Made by a program: the position numbers and the translations under genes. This document shows, in pieces, positions 1 through 8,790 of a stretch of DNA of 64,000 bases. Below the pieces are notes generated by a model. That model was given only the letters and a program-made list of their open reading frames with translations. It did not search any database and was not told the DNA's origin. The stretch's first letter is position 1; the number at the start of each line of letters is the position of its first letter. The DNA lies in NCBI GenBank assembly GCA_020054235.1, contig JAGVLQ010000015.1:1033-65032 (forward strand), given 5' to 3'. The stretch comes from Candidatus Babeliales bacterium. GTDB taxonomy: Bacteria; Babelota; Babeliae; Babelales; JACPOV01.

Positions 1-608
1 TTAAAAGTATTTTTGATATCATCAAGATCTTGATACGTTTCAAGATGCTCTAAATCAATATTAGTTATGACTGCTAAAGTTGCTTGCAAGCATAACAAAG
101 ATCGATCACTTTCATCAGCCTCGGCAACTAAAAAATCACCGGTGCCCAAGCGAGCATTGGCTGAAATATTTTTTAAATGTCCACCGATGATTACGGTAGG
201 ATCTTTTTTTGCTTCTATTAGAATATGAGAAATGAGCGATGTGGTAGTTGTTTTACCATGAGCACCGGAAATTGCAATACTGTATTTGGTACGCATAAGC
301 TCTGCGAGCATTAGTGCACGGCTGATGGTAGGAATACTCCGTTTTTGCGCGGCAAGAATTTCAGGGTGATCTGGTTTTATAATCGATGAATAGACGAGAA
401 TATCAATTGAATCATCATTGCATTTTTTGGTGTTGTTACCTTCATAGACATCACAGCCCAGTTCAAGTAGAGCTTGCACACTTTGTTGATGAATATCGCT
501 ATCGCATCCTGAAATAGTATATCCTTGATATTTTAAAATGGTTGCAATGCCACTCATGCCAATGCCACCGATGCCAACAAAATGTATATGGGCTTTTTTA
601 TGATACAT
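1..608 (-). CDS. murC: UDP-N-acetylmuramate--L-alanine ligase MurC, N-terminal ~202 codons (3' end runs off the window)
   Basis: Absent from ORF track because no stop lies in the window. Reverse complement from ATG at 608 reads MYHKKAHIHFVGIGGIGMSGIATILKYQGYTISGCD, then ISGAHGKTTTTSLIS (Mur ligase P-loop), GDFLVAEADESDRS, NIDLEHLETY. Open to position 1. Confidence 0.85.
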   Translation of the reverse strand, partial: MYHKKAHIHFVGIGGIGMSGIATILKYQGYTISGCDSDIHQQSVQALLELGCDVYEGNNTKKCNDDSIDILVYSSIIKPDHPEILAAQKRSIPTISRALMLAELMRTKYSIAISGAHGKTTTTSLISHILIEAKKDPTVIIGGHLKNISANARLGTGDFLVAEADESDRSLLCLQATLAVITNIDLEHLETYQDLDDIKNTF

Positions 609-665
609 CCATTATTCCTTATTCCTTTGTGAGATCGAATTTGATTGATGTGAAGACTTTAAATA

Positions 666-2135
666 TTATATTTTTTTCAAAAAATTTCGAGCAATTTTTA
701 TGTGATTCTTAAGCGTACTTTTTTTCATTTTTTTTAATTGAAGAAGCATAATACCGATTCGTTGTATGCTGGAAAGTTTTTGGCGATTTTTAGCAATAAA
801 ATGCCAATACAAGGCATCCCAAATAAGAGCCCATTCGTTTTTTTTGTAATCACTCATTTTAAGAATATAGTTTGAACTTGATAAGTAAGGTTTGGTTGTC
901 ATCAATCCACCATCGCAAAATTGGCTCATCCCGTAAACATTGGGCACCATTACCCAGTCATAGGCATCAATAAATAGTTCCATGAACCATTTATATACTT
1001 CTGTTGGTTTAAATTCGCACAAAAGCATGAAATTTCCCAAGATCATTAAACGTTCAATATGGTGAGCATAAGCGGTTTTTAAAACTTTGTGTATTGTTGT
1101 ATTTATAGGTTCTATTGGTGTTGAAGCGTTCCAAAAATATTGAGGGATTTTTTTGTGATGTCCAAAAAAGTTTGAGGATCGTTGTTTCTTGTTATCAAGA
1201 ATATATACAGCTCGTACAAATTCTCGCCAACCAATAATTTGGCGAAAGAATCCTTCTTGTGAATTGAGAGGAATATTATTTTTTTCTGCAAAAGCAAGAG
1301 CTTTTTTTATTACAAAGTTAGGAGTCAGTATTCCGATGTTTAACAAAGGAGAGAGTACAGAATGGAATAGAAAGTGTTCATGAGCTACAATTGCATCTTC
1401 GTAAGGACCAAAATTTGCAAAGCGGTTTTTTAAAAAAGCATCGAACCATGTTTGTGCTTGATTAAACGTGACTGGATAGTTAAAGTTTTCTATTGAACCA
1501 GGATTGTTCGGAAAATTTTTTTGAACGTAAGTTATAGCTTCAAGGACATATTTATTTTTTTGGAGATTTCTAAGAGGAGGTATTTTTATATTCTTAGGAA
1601 TTTTTTTCCGATTCTGATCATCATAGCTCCAACTTCCACCTGTTGGTTTTTTTTCTTTGGTCAAAAGAATATTAAGTCGTTTTCGTTGTTCAACATAAAA
1701 TGGCTGCATAAAATATTTTTTTTTGGCAGCAAAGACTTTTTTTAACCAATCAATCGGCGATAGAAACGCCGGAGTTTCATGCTTGAATAAAGTTTTAGTA
1801 CAATTTTTTACTTTTTTTTCAAATTCATCTTCAAAGGGAATATCAACTGGATCAATATAATGAATGGTAGAAAAGTTTTCTTTTTTTAGGTTTTTAAAGA
1901 GATGTTTGTAATCAGCGAAAGAAACATAGGTAACGGAGAATTTTTTCTTTTTTAAATAATCAAAGTAAGCTTGCATGGAAGCGCGATGTAAGACCAATTT
2001 TTTTTTGTGAAATGAAAAGTCGGTAAAATAACGTGGAGCTTCTATTAAATAAACTGATTGATCTTTTTTTAATACTGAGTTTTTTTTAAATAATTGATGT
2101 GGAAAAATTAGTAAAGCTTCACGTAATTTTTTCAT
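666..2135 (-). CDS. cryptochrome/photolyase-family protein of the prokaryotic (6-4) photolyase / FeS-BCP (COG3046) type, lacking the usual C-terminal Cys ligands
   Basis: 489-aa ORF. Motifs GGSWSYDDQNRK, RQIIGWREF, YAHHIERLMILGNF, DAYDWVMVPNVYGMSQFCDGG, TKPYLSSSNYILKMSDY. 1-nt gap to the upstream photolyase gene. Confidence 0.75.
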   Translation of the reverse strand: MKKLREALLIFPHQLFKKNSVLKKDQSVYLIEAPRYFTDFSFHKKKLVLHRASMQAYFDYLKKKKFSVTYVSFADYKHLFKNLKKENFSTIHYIDPVDIPFEDEFEKKVKNCTKTLFKHETPAFLSPIDWLKKVFAAKKKYFMQPFYVEQRKRLNILLTKEKKPTGGSWSYDDQNRKKIPKNIKIPPLRNLQKNKYVLEAITYVQKNFPNNPGSIENFNYPVTFNQAQTWFDAFLKNRFANFGPYEDAIVAHEHFLFHSVLSPLLNIGILTPNFVIKKALAFAEKNNIPLNSQEGFFRQIIGWREFVRAVYILDNKKQRSSNFFGHHKKIPQYFWNASTPIEPINTTIHKVLKTAYAHHIERLMILGNFMLLCEFKPTEVYKWFMELFIDAYDWVMVPNVYGMSQFCDGGLMTTKPYLSSSNYILKMSDYKKNEWALIWDALYWHFIAKNRQKLSSIQRIGIMLLQLKKMKKSTLKNHIKIARNFLKKI

Positions 2136-2136
2136 A

Positions 2137-3519
2137 TCATCGTGCCTCTTTATAAAATTTCTTTGTTAACTTTTGTTCTTTGCTATGATCAACCATTGGC
2201 CGAGGATAACCTTTTATCTTAGGACTTGATTCTTTATACCAAGCATGAATTATTTTTGGATCAATATTTTTTAATTCGGGTACCCATTTTTTTATGTAGG
2301 TACAATCTGGATCAAACTTTTTTTGCTGAGTCCAAGGATTAAAGATGCGAAAATATGGTTGAGCGTCACAACCAGTTGAAGCAGACCATTGCCAGTTGCC
2401 ATTGTTCACACACGGATCATAATCTTCAAGCTGTTGTGCAAAATATTTTTCACCCCAGAGCCAATTGATATGCAGATCTTTAGTTAAAAAAGATGCAACA
2501 ATCATGCGAGTCCGGTTATGCATAAACCCTGTTTTATTCATTTGTCGCATACCGGCATCAATAATAGGAAACCCTGTTTTCCCATCGCACCAAGCTTTGA
2601 AATTTTTCTTTGAAGAATTCCAACTTAAATTGTTGTAGCGTTGTTGAAAAGCTTGGCCAAAAACAAAGGGAGAATTATACGCAACGTGCGTAAAAAAATC
2701 ACGCCAAAAAAGTTGCTGAATAAGCAAATGATCTTTTCCCAGTTTTTTTGCAATAGCATGATACACCTCCCGAATTGAAACAGTCCCAAACTTGTTATGG
2801 GCTGAAAGAAAGGTTGTATCATTGATAGGATAATCACGTGTTTTTTTATACGTATTAAATTTTTTTAAATTTTTTAAAATCTTAAGTCCATTTGTTCGGC
2901 CTCCCGGAATGTTGATATTTTGATTTTTGTTGTTTAAAACTTTTTTATAGATTGTTTTATTTTCTGCAAATGGTATTGATTTAGTATAAAAATTTGTTTG
3001 ATGAACTTTTTGTGGCTCTTCAATCTTTTTTTTGCTTGCTGTTTTAAAGAATGGGGTAAATTTTACATAGGGCGTTTTTGAACCGGATAAAATTTCAAGT
3101 GGCTCTGTTAATAGAATGTCATTGGATTGGACAAATGCAATTTCATGCTGTAAGCAAACTTTTTTTAGTGCTTCATCCCGTTTAATGCTAAACGGGGTGT
3201 AATCTCTGTTACAAAATACTGCATCAATTGGTAGATTTTTGATTATTTTCTCTAGAACCGTTTCTGCTTCTCCTTGAAAAAGGTACAGGAGCCCATTTTT
3301 ATTTTTTAGCTGTTGTTCAAGATCTTGCAAGGAATCAATCATGAACTGTATGGCATTCATGCTGCGAAATTCATTCTTTTGGCTAACTTGACGAGGATCA
3401 AAAATGAAACAAGGAATGATCATTTCTGATATTGCTAGAGCTTTAAGTAAAGCAGTATTGTCATCAAGACGAAGATCGCGACGAAAAATAAACAGTGAAA
3501 TTTGGTATTCAGTTTTCAT
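2137..3519 (-). CDS. phr: deoxyribodipyrimidine (CPD) photolyase, class I type
   Basis: 460 aa. FRRDLRLDDNTAL at the N-terminus, LFWRDFF, TGFPIIDAGMRQMNKTGFMHNRTRMIVASFLTKDL, NNGNWQWSASTGCDAQPYFRIFNP. Confidence 0.88.
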   Translation of the reverse strand: MKTEYQISLFIFRRDLRLDDNTALLKALAISEMIIPCFIFDPRQVSQKNEFRSMNAIQFMIDSLQDLEQQLKNKNGLLYLFQGEAETVLEKIIKNLPIDAVFCNRDYTPFSIKRDEALKKVCLQHEIAFVQSNDILLTEPLEILSGSKTPYVKFTPFFKTASKKKIEEPQKVHQTNFYTKSIPFAENKTIYKKVLNNKNQNINIPGGRTNGLKILKNLKKFNTYKKTRDYPINDTTFLSAHNKFGTVSIREVYHAIAKKLGKDHLLIQQLFWRDFFTHVAYNSPFVFGQAFQQRYNNLSWNSSKKNFKAWCDGKTGFPIIDAGMRQMNKTGFMHNRTRMIVASFLTKDLHINWLWGEKYFAQQLEDYDPCVNNGNWQWSASTGCDAQPYFRIFNPWTQQKKFDPDCTYIKKWVPELKNIDPKIIHAWYKESSPKIKGYPRPMVDHSKEQKLTKKFYKEAR

Positions 3520-3555
3520 ATGATTATTTTTGCAAAATAAACTAATTCATGTCAA
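3520..3555 (-). promoter_or_regulatory. putative promoter of the photolyase operon, possibly giving a leaderless mRNA
   Basis: Minus strand reads TTGACA (3555-3550), then TGAATTAGTTTATTTTGCAAAAATAATCAT, then ATG(3519). A/T-rich -10 candidates lie 18-21 nt after the -35. No Shine-Dalgarno before the ATG. A 10-bp perfect palindrome TTTTGCAAAA at 3528-3537 sits in the spacer. Confidence 0.25.
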
Positions 3556-3563
3556 CAAAAAAA

Positions 3564-3588
3564 GGGCGGCTTTAAGCCGCCCTTTTTT
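3564..3588. terminator. Rho-independent terminator, bidirectional-looking hairpin
   Basis: GGGCGGC (3564-3570), loop TTTAA, GCCGCCC (3576-3582). A-run on one side and T6 on the other. Lies directly after the stop of the 3606-5525 gene. Confidence 0.8.
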
Positions 3589-3605
3589 ATAAGGTCTCTA
3601 TAATT

Positions 3606-5525
3606 TTAGATAATGTCAATGTTGTCGAGAGGTGTTGGCGTTGCTGAAACAGTTGCCAACGATCTAGTATAGAAAACTGTCAAGATGTTTGCTGGTGTTG
3701 TTAGATAGTTAAGAATATGATCTTGTGCTTGGTTGGCAAATACTGTTGTATTAAAAGGAGCTGTTGTGAAGGTAACATCAATACCTACACTTAATGTACC
3801 AGTATTAGAAGCCACTAAGTTTCTTTCGACATAGCAATTTGGTGAATCAAACAAATAGATACCGCGGCCGACTTCACTACCAGTAATACCTGTAGCTGTA
3901 TTACGTTTAGCAATACAAGAAAGTACACATGAAGTGCTGGAACTACGGAGATCAAAACCTATAGCGGTATTTGTTGCAAGGTTATCATTTGCAAAACAAT
4001 CTTGATACATTGTTTTGGTTGAGTTTACGCTGCGGAAACCTGAAGTATCTGAGTTACTTCCACCGTTAGCCAATGCATGAGATTCTATATAACTGCAATC
4101 AGAACTACCATCGTTTGAGAATCCATATACAAAATTAGCCGCAGAAGTATTATTGTTTGCTTGTACATTGTAAACATTAAGTTTATTTACCACGTTAGCA
4201 TTTATACCAATAGCAGAAGTACCCGCATTATTTTGATTAATGGAGACACCAGAAGCCTTAATGTCATTTGAATTGATAACATTCATACCGATAAAATCAC
4301 CCACCACAGTGTTAGTGTTTATCGTACAAGCATTAAACTTGACATTGTTATTAGAGTCTAAATTTATTCCGTTTAAATTGCCAATTGAGGCATTGTTATT
4401 AACCTGACAGTTAAAGAATGTTATATTTGATGATAATTGAATATTTATTGGAGCCGTAGTTAGGTTTTCATTGACTTTGACAGTGTTAAAGCTTACATTT
4501 TCTCCGTTTAATATCTGAATCACAAAAGTACCAATGTTTTCTTTGCAAACTACGTTCTCAATGGTTGAGTTGCGTACAAAATTACCGTCAATTGCGCTGG
4601 TTGTATTTCCTCTGAATATGCAGTTTTCTATTTTTACACACTCTATCTCAAAATTGTTAAGGCCGTTAAGGAAGACCCCAACGTTATTGTCAATAAATGA
4701 GATGTTCTTTAATTGAACATTAACTGCGTTAGGTCCTACATTAATACCATTTCCTGTTGCCGTAGTAATGTAACCATTTTTAATAAAGATATCGGTTCTG
4801 TTATTGGCGATGTCAATATTATTTCCAGCGCCTGAAACTTGATGGTTGTTGAGATCTAAGATTACGCGGTCAGCATCAATAATGATACTTCCAAGAATAT
4901 CTGCTGATAGACAGTAGCAACCAGGAATTGTAATAGTTGTTGGGGTGCTTATTGCTATACACTGTGCACATGAGAATGTGGAAAGAATCTCTTCTAATAT
5001 TGTCCAAGTAAAGGCAAATTTTTCACAAATTATTTGTTTGAGCATGTTGATGCTCTTTTTTATCATAGCAAGTAAGGCAAGCACTTGTGTTAAATCACAG
5101 CCACTTTTGCCAACAACAGCATCATTTGCTGTAACGGGAGGCGCATCTGGGCGAGCTGCACGGGCATCTGGTCCATCATGCGGATATTGTTCATAGGCAA
5201 ATTGTACTAGTTCTGGCATAATTTCTAGAAGTTCAGAAAGTGTTAATGTTATTTGGCCTTGTTCTAATTTTTTGCAGCATTCTCTAAGCATTGAAGAAGG
5301 TGCAGGACATTGATCTATCATCCGGCATAACAATTCCTTAAGATTAAACTCATGAACAGGCATTTCAAAGCTACCATGTTCGCCTAGAGTCTCTTTAAGG
5401 CTTTTTATTTCTTCTTGTATCATAGATAAATCAGCAGGCATAGAATCTGCTTGAATATTTACCGATGATAAGACTGAAAAAAATATAATAGACAGGGTCC
5501 TCAATGACCTGACGGTAGAATTCAT
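3606..5525 (-). CDS. secreted right-handed parallel beta-helix repeat protein (pectate-lyase/NosD-like fold), function unknown
   Basis: ORF 3606-5531. The ATG at 5525 is preferred (AAAGGAG then 5 nt then ATG; 5531 is GTG). Signal peptide MNSTVRSLRTLSIIFFSVLSSVNIQADS. Cys-rich helical N-domain and a Pro/Ala linker PDARAARPDAPP. Then about 400 aa of Asn-rich ~22-aa turns (IENCIFRGN, IENVVCKEN, FNTVKVNEN, FFNCQVNNN, FNACTINTN). Confidence 0.6.
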   Translation of the reverse strand: MNSTVRSLRTLSIIFFSVLSSVNIQADSMPADLSMIQEEIKSLKETLGEHGSFEMPVHEFNLKELLCRMIDQCPAPSSMLRECCKKLEQGQITLTLSELLEIMPELVQFAYEQYPHDGPDARAARPDAPPVTANDAVVGKSGCDLTQVLALLAMIKKSINMLKQIICEKFAFTWTILEEILSTFSCAQCIAISTPTTITIPGCYCLSADILGSIIIDADRVILDLNNHQVSGAGNNIDIANNRTDIFIKNGYITTATGNGINVGPNAVNVQLKNISFIDNNVGVFLNGLNNFEIECVKIENCIFRGNTTSAIDGNFVRNSTIENVVCKENIGTFVIQILNGENVSFNTVKVNENLTTAPINIQLSSNITFFNCQVNNNASIGNLNGINLDSNNNVKFNACTINTNTVVGDFIGMNVINSNDIKASGVSINQNNAGTSAIGINANVVNKLNVYNVQANNNTSAANFVYGFSNDGSSDCSYIESHALANGGSNSDTSGFRSVNSTKTMYQDCFANDNLATNTAIGFDLRSSSTSCVLSCIAKRNTATGITGSEVGRGIYLFDSPNCYVERNLVASNTGTLSVGIDVTFTTAPFNTTVFANQAQDHILNYLTTPANILTVFYTRSLATVSATPTPLDNIDII

Positions 5526-5616
5526 CGTCACTCCTTTTTTTAAGATATACTTCTACACACGAATCCACATTTATGGTTTGACTATACATAACTGAATTAC
5601 AAAGATCAATATTTTT

Positions 5617-5973
5617 TTAAAGAAGATCTCGTAATTTCATTAATTGCTTTTTTAATTCGATTAATTGTATTGAAAATTTATCAAGTATATTTGGTGTATA
5701 TTCTGAAAAATTTTTTTTGGTGGTGTCAAGAATATGCGCAGTTTTTTTAATGCGTTGATTGAGGACTTTTTTTGCACCAGCTATAGTAAATCCTTTTTCA
5801 TAAAGTAATTCTTTGATTAATTTGAAATGATCGAAATCTTTTTGATCATAAAAACGCTGTCCTCCTGAGCTTCGGGAAGAATGAAGTCCGAATTCTTTTT
5901 CCCAAAATCGTATTACAAAGCGTTTTATGCCAAGCTCTTGGGCTAATTTGCCGATTCTGAATTGTTCTTTCAT
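5617..5973 (-). CDS. MerR-family transcriptional regulator (small, no obvious effector domain)
   Basis: HTH FRIGKLAQELGIKRFVIRFWEKEFGL, GGQRFYDQKDFDHFKLIKELLYEKGFTIAGAKKVL, then a C-terminal coiled coil. Start moved to the ATG at 5973 (AAGGA 8 nt upstream) rather than the ORF-track 6006. Confidence 0.8.
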   Translation of the reverse strand: MKEQFRIGKLAQELGIKRFVIRFWEKEFGLHSSRSSGGQRFYDQKDFDHFKLIKELLYEKGFTIAGAKKVLNQRIKKTAHILDTTKKNFSEYTPNILDKFSIQLIELKKQLMKLRDLL

Positions 5974-6093
5974 ACTCGATCCTTTTTTCAAATAGAAAAG
6001 ATACATTATATAGGTCTTAGTTATAGCGCAAGAAATTTGTTATGTAAAATTATGCTCTTAGACATCTCTGTATCTGGATTAAGGTTTTTTAAT

Positions 6094-6121
6094 TTGCTAA
6101 ACTTATAACCTACTTTATTAT
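6094..6121 (+). promoter_or_regulatory. putative sigma70-type promoter for yidC
   Basis: TTGCTA (6094-6099), 16-nt spacer, TATTAT (6116-6121), about 22 nt before the yidC ATG. Confidence 0.25.
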
Positions 6122-6143
6122 ATTTTTATTAAAAAGGTTTGCT

Positions 6144-7703
6144 ATGAATATTAAGGAATTATTGTTTCCTCTTTCATTATTATTATTTACAACGATTGCT
6201 TTGCAGTATTATTTTAGCCCAAAAGATGCATCTTCTGAGGAAAGTATAAAGTCTGGTCAACGATTTGTAGCGCCAAAAAAACAAGAGATAGTTGAGCGTA
6301 AGCCGCTTAATCTTGAAGTCGATTTTAAAGATAGTAAAGCTACAAGAAAATCTTTGTCACAAGAAATTAATACAAGTAATGCTTTCTATGAATTTTCAAA
6401 TGATGGTGCCTCTCTAGTACGTGCTGAGTTTAGAAGAACCTGGGCACGCAAAAAAGAACCGATAGAAACCATTTTTCCAGTTTCTTCGGTAGAAAAAGAA
6501 AAATCTGCATTTTTGATTGCTTTGCAAGAACAGACACCATATTATTACCAATTTATTGAAAAAAAAGAGCAGCCTGATTCTTATTCCATAACCTATAAAG
6601 CTGATTTTGATGGTGGTAGCATATATAAAACGTTTGTAGTATTTAAGGATACCTATAAACTCGATTTAGAAATTTCTTTTAAATTTAAAGAAGGAACAAA
6701 TAATAAAATACAACCAAGAATAATTTTCCCTTCGCCTTTAATGCCAGAAATGAAACGTCAAGATATTATAACAGGCATAACCAATAATGAGCGCAATTCT
6801 ATTTCAGTGATTCAAAAAAATGAACAGAATTTAGAATCATACTGGGCTTATCCAACACTCTTTGGAACGCAAAATCGTTATTTTATTCACGCTTTAGTAG
6901 CTGATCCTGATCATTTTGTTCGACGTGGATATTATAAAATTGTAGATTTTGAGAATCTTTATTCGATTTTAGAAGGTCCTGAAATTTCTCAAGATAGTTC
7001 GTGGAAGTTGAGTTTTTATGTAGGACCAAAAGAAGATGATGCTATGGCAGCGGTTGATTATCGGTTAGAGCAAACGCTGAATTATGGCTGGTTTTCTTTT
7101 ATTTCTAAGCCAGTTTCGAAATTGTTGTTGGAAATCTTAAATTTTGTAAATGATTATGTACATAATTATGGGATTGCTATTATTCTTCTTACTTTATTAA
7201 TGAAAATTTTCTTGTTTCCATTTACGTATCGTGCTGAAGAAGGCATGAAAAAGAGAGCAGAAATTCAAAAGAAAATGGACCATTTGCGCAGTAAATATAA
7301 AAATGACCCGCAAGCTTTAGCTGCAGCTCAGGCTGAATTAATTCGTAAACATGGTCTTCCTGGTCTTGGTGGTCTTTTAACGATGTTCTTACAGTTGCCA
7401 ATTTTTTGGGCATTGAGCATTATCCTTGCCAATGCTATAGAATTGTATAAAGCTCCTTTCTTATGGATTCCTGATTTATCAGTAAAGGATCCGTATTATA
7501 TTTTGCCGTTTTTGATGGCTGTTAGTATAATCTTTCATAGTCAAGCAGCTGATCCAAAGCAACGATTTTCAACAATTTTTATTGGTATTTTAGTTGCAGC
7601 TCTTTTATCAAATATTGCTGCGGGGTGTTTGGTATATATTGTAACAAGTACTGTGTTGGGAATTGCGCAATCAATGATGGTAAGGCGGTTGAAGTTGGTA
7701 TGA
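6144..7703 (+). CDS. yidC: membrane protein insertase YidC (long, diderm-type with periplasmic domain)
   Basis: 519 aa. N-terminal TM, large periplasmic domain, core YGIAIILLTLLMKIFLFPFT, MKKRAEIQKKMDHLRSKYKNDPQ, LPIFWAL. Confidence 0.9.
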   Translation: MNIKELLFPLSLLLFTTIALQYYFSPKDASSEESIKSGQRFVAPKKQEIVERKPLNLEVDFKDSKATRKSLSQEINTSNAFYEFSNDGASLVRAEFRRTWARKKEPIETIFPVSSVEKEKSAFLIALQEQTPYYYQFIEKKEQPDSYSITYKADFDGGSIYKTFVVFKDTYKLDLEISFKFKEGTNNKIQPRIIFPSPLMPEMKRQDIITGITNNERNSISVIQKNEQNLESYWAYPTLFGTQNRYFIHALVADPDHFVRRGYYKIVDFENLYSILEGPEISQDSSWKLSFYVGPKEDDAMAAVDYRLEQTLNYGWFSFISKPVSKLLLEILNFVNDYVHNYGIAIILLTLLMKIFLFPFTYRAEEGMKKRAEIQKKMDHLRSKYKNDPQALAAAQAELIRKHGLPGLGGLLTMFLQLPIFWALSIILANAIELYKAPFLWIPDLSVKDPYYILPFLMAVSIIFHSQAADPKQRFSTIFIGILVAALLSNIAAGCLVYIVTSTVLGIAQSMMVRRLKLV

Positions 7704-8299
7704 TTGAACATTCGCCGCATTTTAAACAATTATTAAAAAGTTTGCAGCAAGTTCCTTATTTGGCATCAAAAAACATTTACCGTGTTGCAAACTACTTTTT
7801 ATCATTAGATCAAGAAAAGGCTGAACAGTTTTGCAAAGCGGTACAACTTGCCAAACAAAATATTGTGCATTGCCGTCAATGTTTTACCTGGAATGAAAAA
7901 GATCAACCATGTTTTTTTTGTGATGCAGCAAAGCGTGACAAAACAATTATTTGTGTTATTGAAACGTGGCAGGAGCTTATTTCAATTGAAAAGACAGGCG
8001 GTTTTCAAGGGTTGTATCATGTACTAGGGGGGGCAATTTCTCCGCTAGAGGGTGTAGGTCCGGAAGATTTAACAATTAATGTTTTGCTAGGTCGTATTAA
8101 AGAGCCGGTTGCCGAAGTAATTTTGGCAACGAATCAGACTCCTGAAGGTGAGGCAACAGCAGCATATATTGCCAATAAATTAAAAAATAGTTTAGTAAAA
8201 ATTTCATGCTTGGCGCGCGGTATTCCTGTTGGTTCTACTTTGGAGTTTATGGATCGTGTTACGGTGTATAAAGCTTTATCGGAGCGACGACCTTTTTGA
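7700..8299 (+). CDS. recR: recombination protein RecR
   Basis: LLKSLQQVPYLASKNIYRVANYF, Cys4 finger CRQC..CFFC, Toprim VIETWQELISIEKTGGFQGLYHVLGGAISPLEGVGPEDL. Start set at ATG 7700 (ATGA overlap with the yidC stop). The ORF-track extension to 7625 lies inside yidC. Confidence 0.9.
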   Translation: MIEHSPHFKQLLKSLQQVPYLASKNIYRVANYFLSLDQEKAEQFCKAVQLAKQNIVHCRQCFTWNEKDQPCFFCDAAKRDKTIICVIETWQELISIEKTGGFQGLYHVLGGAISPLEGVGPEDLTINVLLGRIKEPVAEVILATNQTPEGEATAAYIANKLKNSLVKISCLARGIPVGSTLEFMDRVTVYKALSERRPF

Positions 8300-8301
8300 A
8301 A

Positions 8302-8562
8302 TTAATCGTTTGAAGGGAAATCCCATGCTTCAGCATATGCTTTATCTGAATACATCATGCAGCTGCCACATTTTTTGAAACATTCAGCAGAAGTGAAATT
8401 GCCTTTGCAACATTTTTGGCAATCAATATCTGCAGAGGCTTCTTCAGTGGCTCTTTCTGCATAGGCGCAGTTGCCATTTGGGCAGTATTCTTCTGCAAGG
8501 GCACGAAAAGCAAAAATAAGTAAAATAACGGCAATAAAGCCCAAAACAGTGTCTTTTTTCAT
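8302..8562 (-). CDS. small secreted cysteine-rich protein (86 aa, 8 Cys in the mature part)
   Basis: Signal peptide MKKDTVLGFIAVILLIFAFRALA. Mature part has YCPNGNC, DCQKCC, ECFKKCGSC. Convergent with recR, 2-nt gap. Confidence 0.55.
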   Translation of the reverse strand: MKKDTVLGFIAVILLIFAFRALAEEYCPNGNCAYAERATEEASADIDCQKCCKGNFTSAECFKKCGSCMMYSDKAYAEAWDFPSND

Positions 8563-8790
8563 GTTTTTTCCTTCAGTATAATCTATTATTATCTATTAGA
8601 ATAATAAATTACAGCAGTAAATAGCAATAGTTTCTATGAGTATTATTTAGGTGCGCTATTAGGTAAAAAAGGATTTATGTCTCAATTACAAGAGATTACG
8701 AAGAACTTATAAGTTTATCTATTGTTGAAAAAAAGGGTAAATGCTACACTTAAGCAAAAATTTTCACCTTTAAACAATAAGAGAAATTGT

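Noticed and set aside
7625-7699. N-terminal extensions offered by the ORF track (recR from 7625, pepP from TTG 8722, rplB from 19965, rplF from 24959, sbcC from 40022, the MerR gene from 6006, the phosphohexomutase from TTG 41880)
   Set aside because: In each case an internal ATG aligns with the conserved family N-terminus. That ATG also has a better RBS or a start-stop overlap with the upstream gene. The extensions overlap neighbouring genes or lack conservation.
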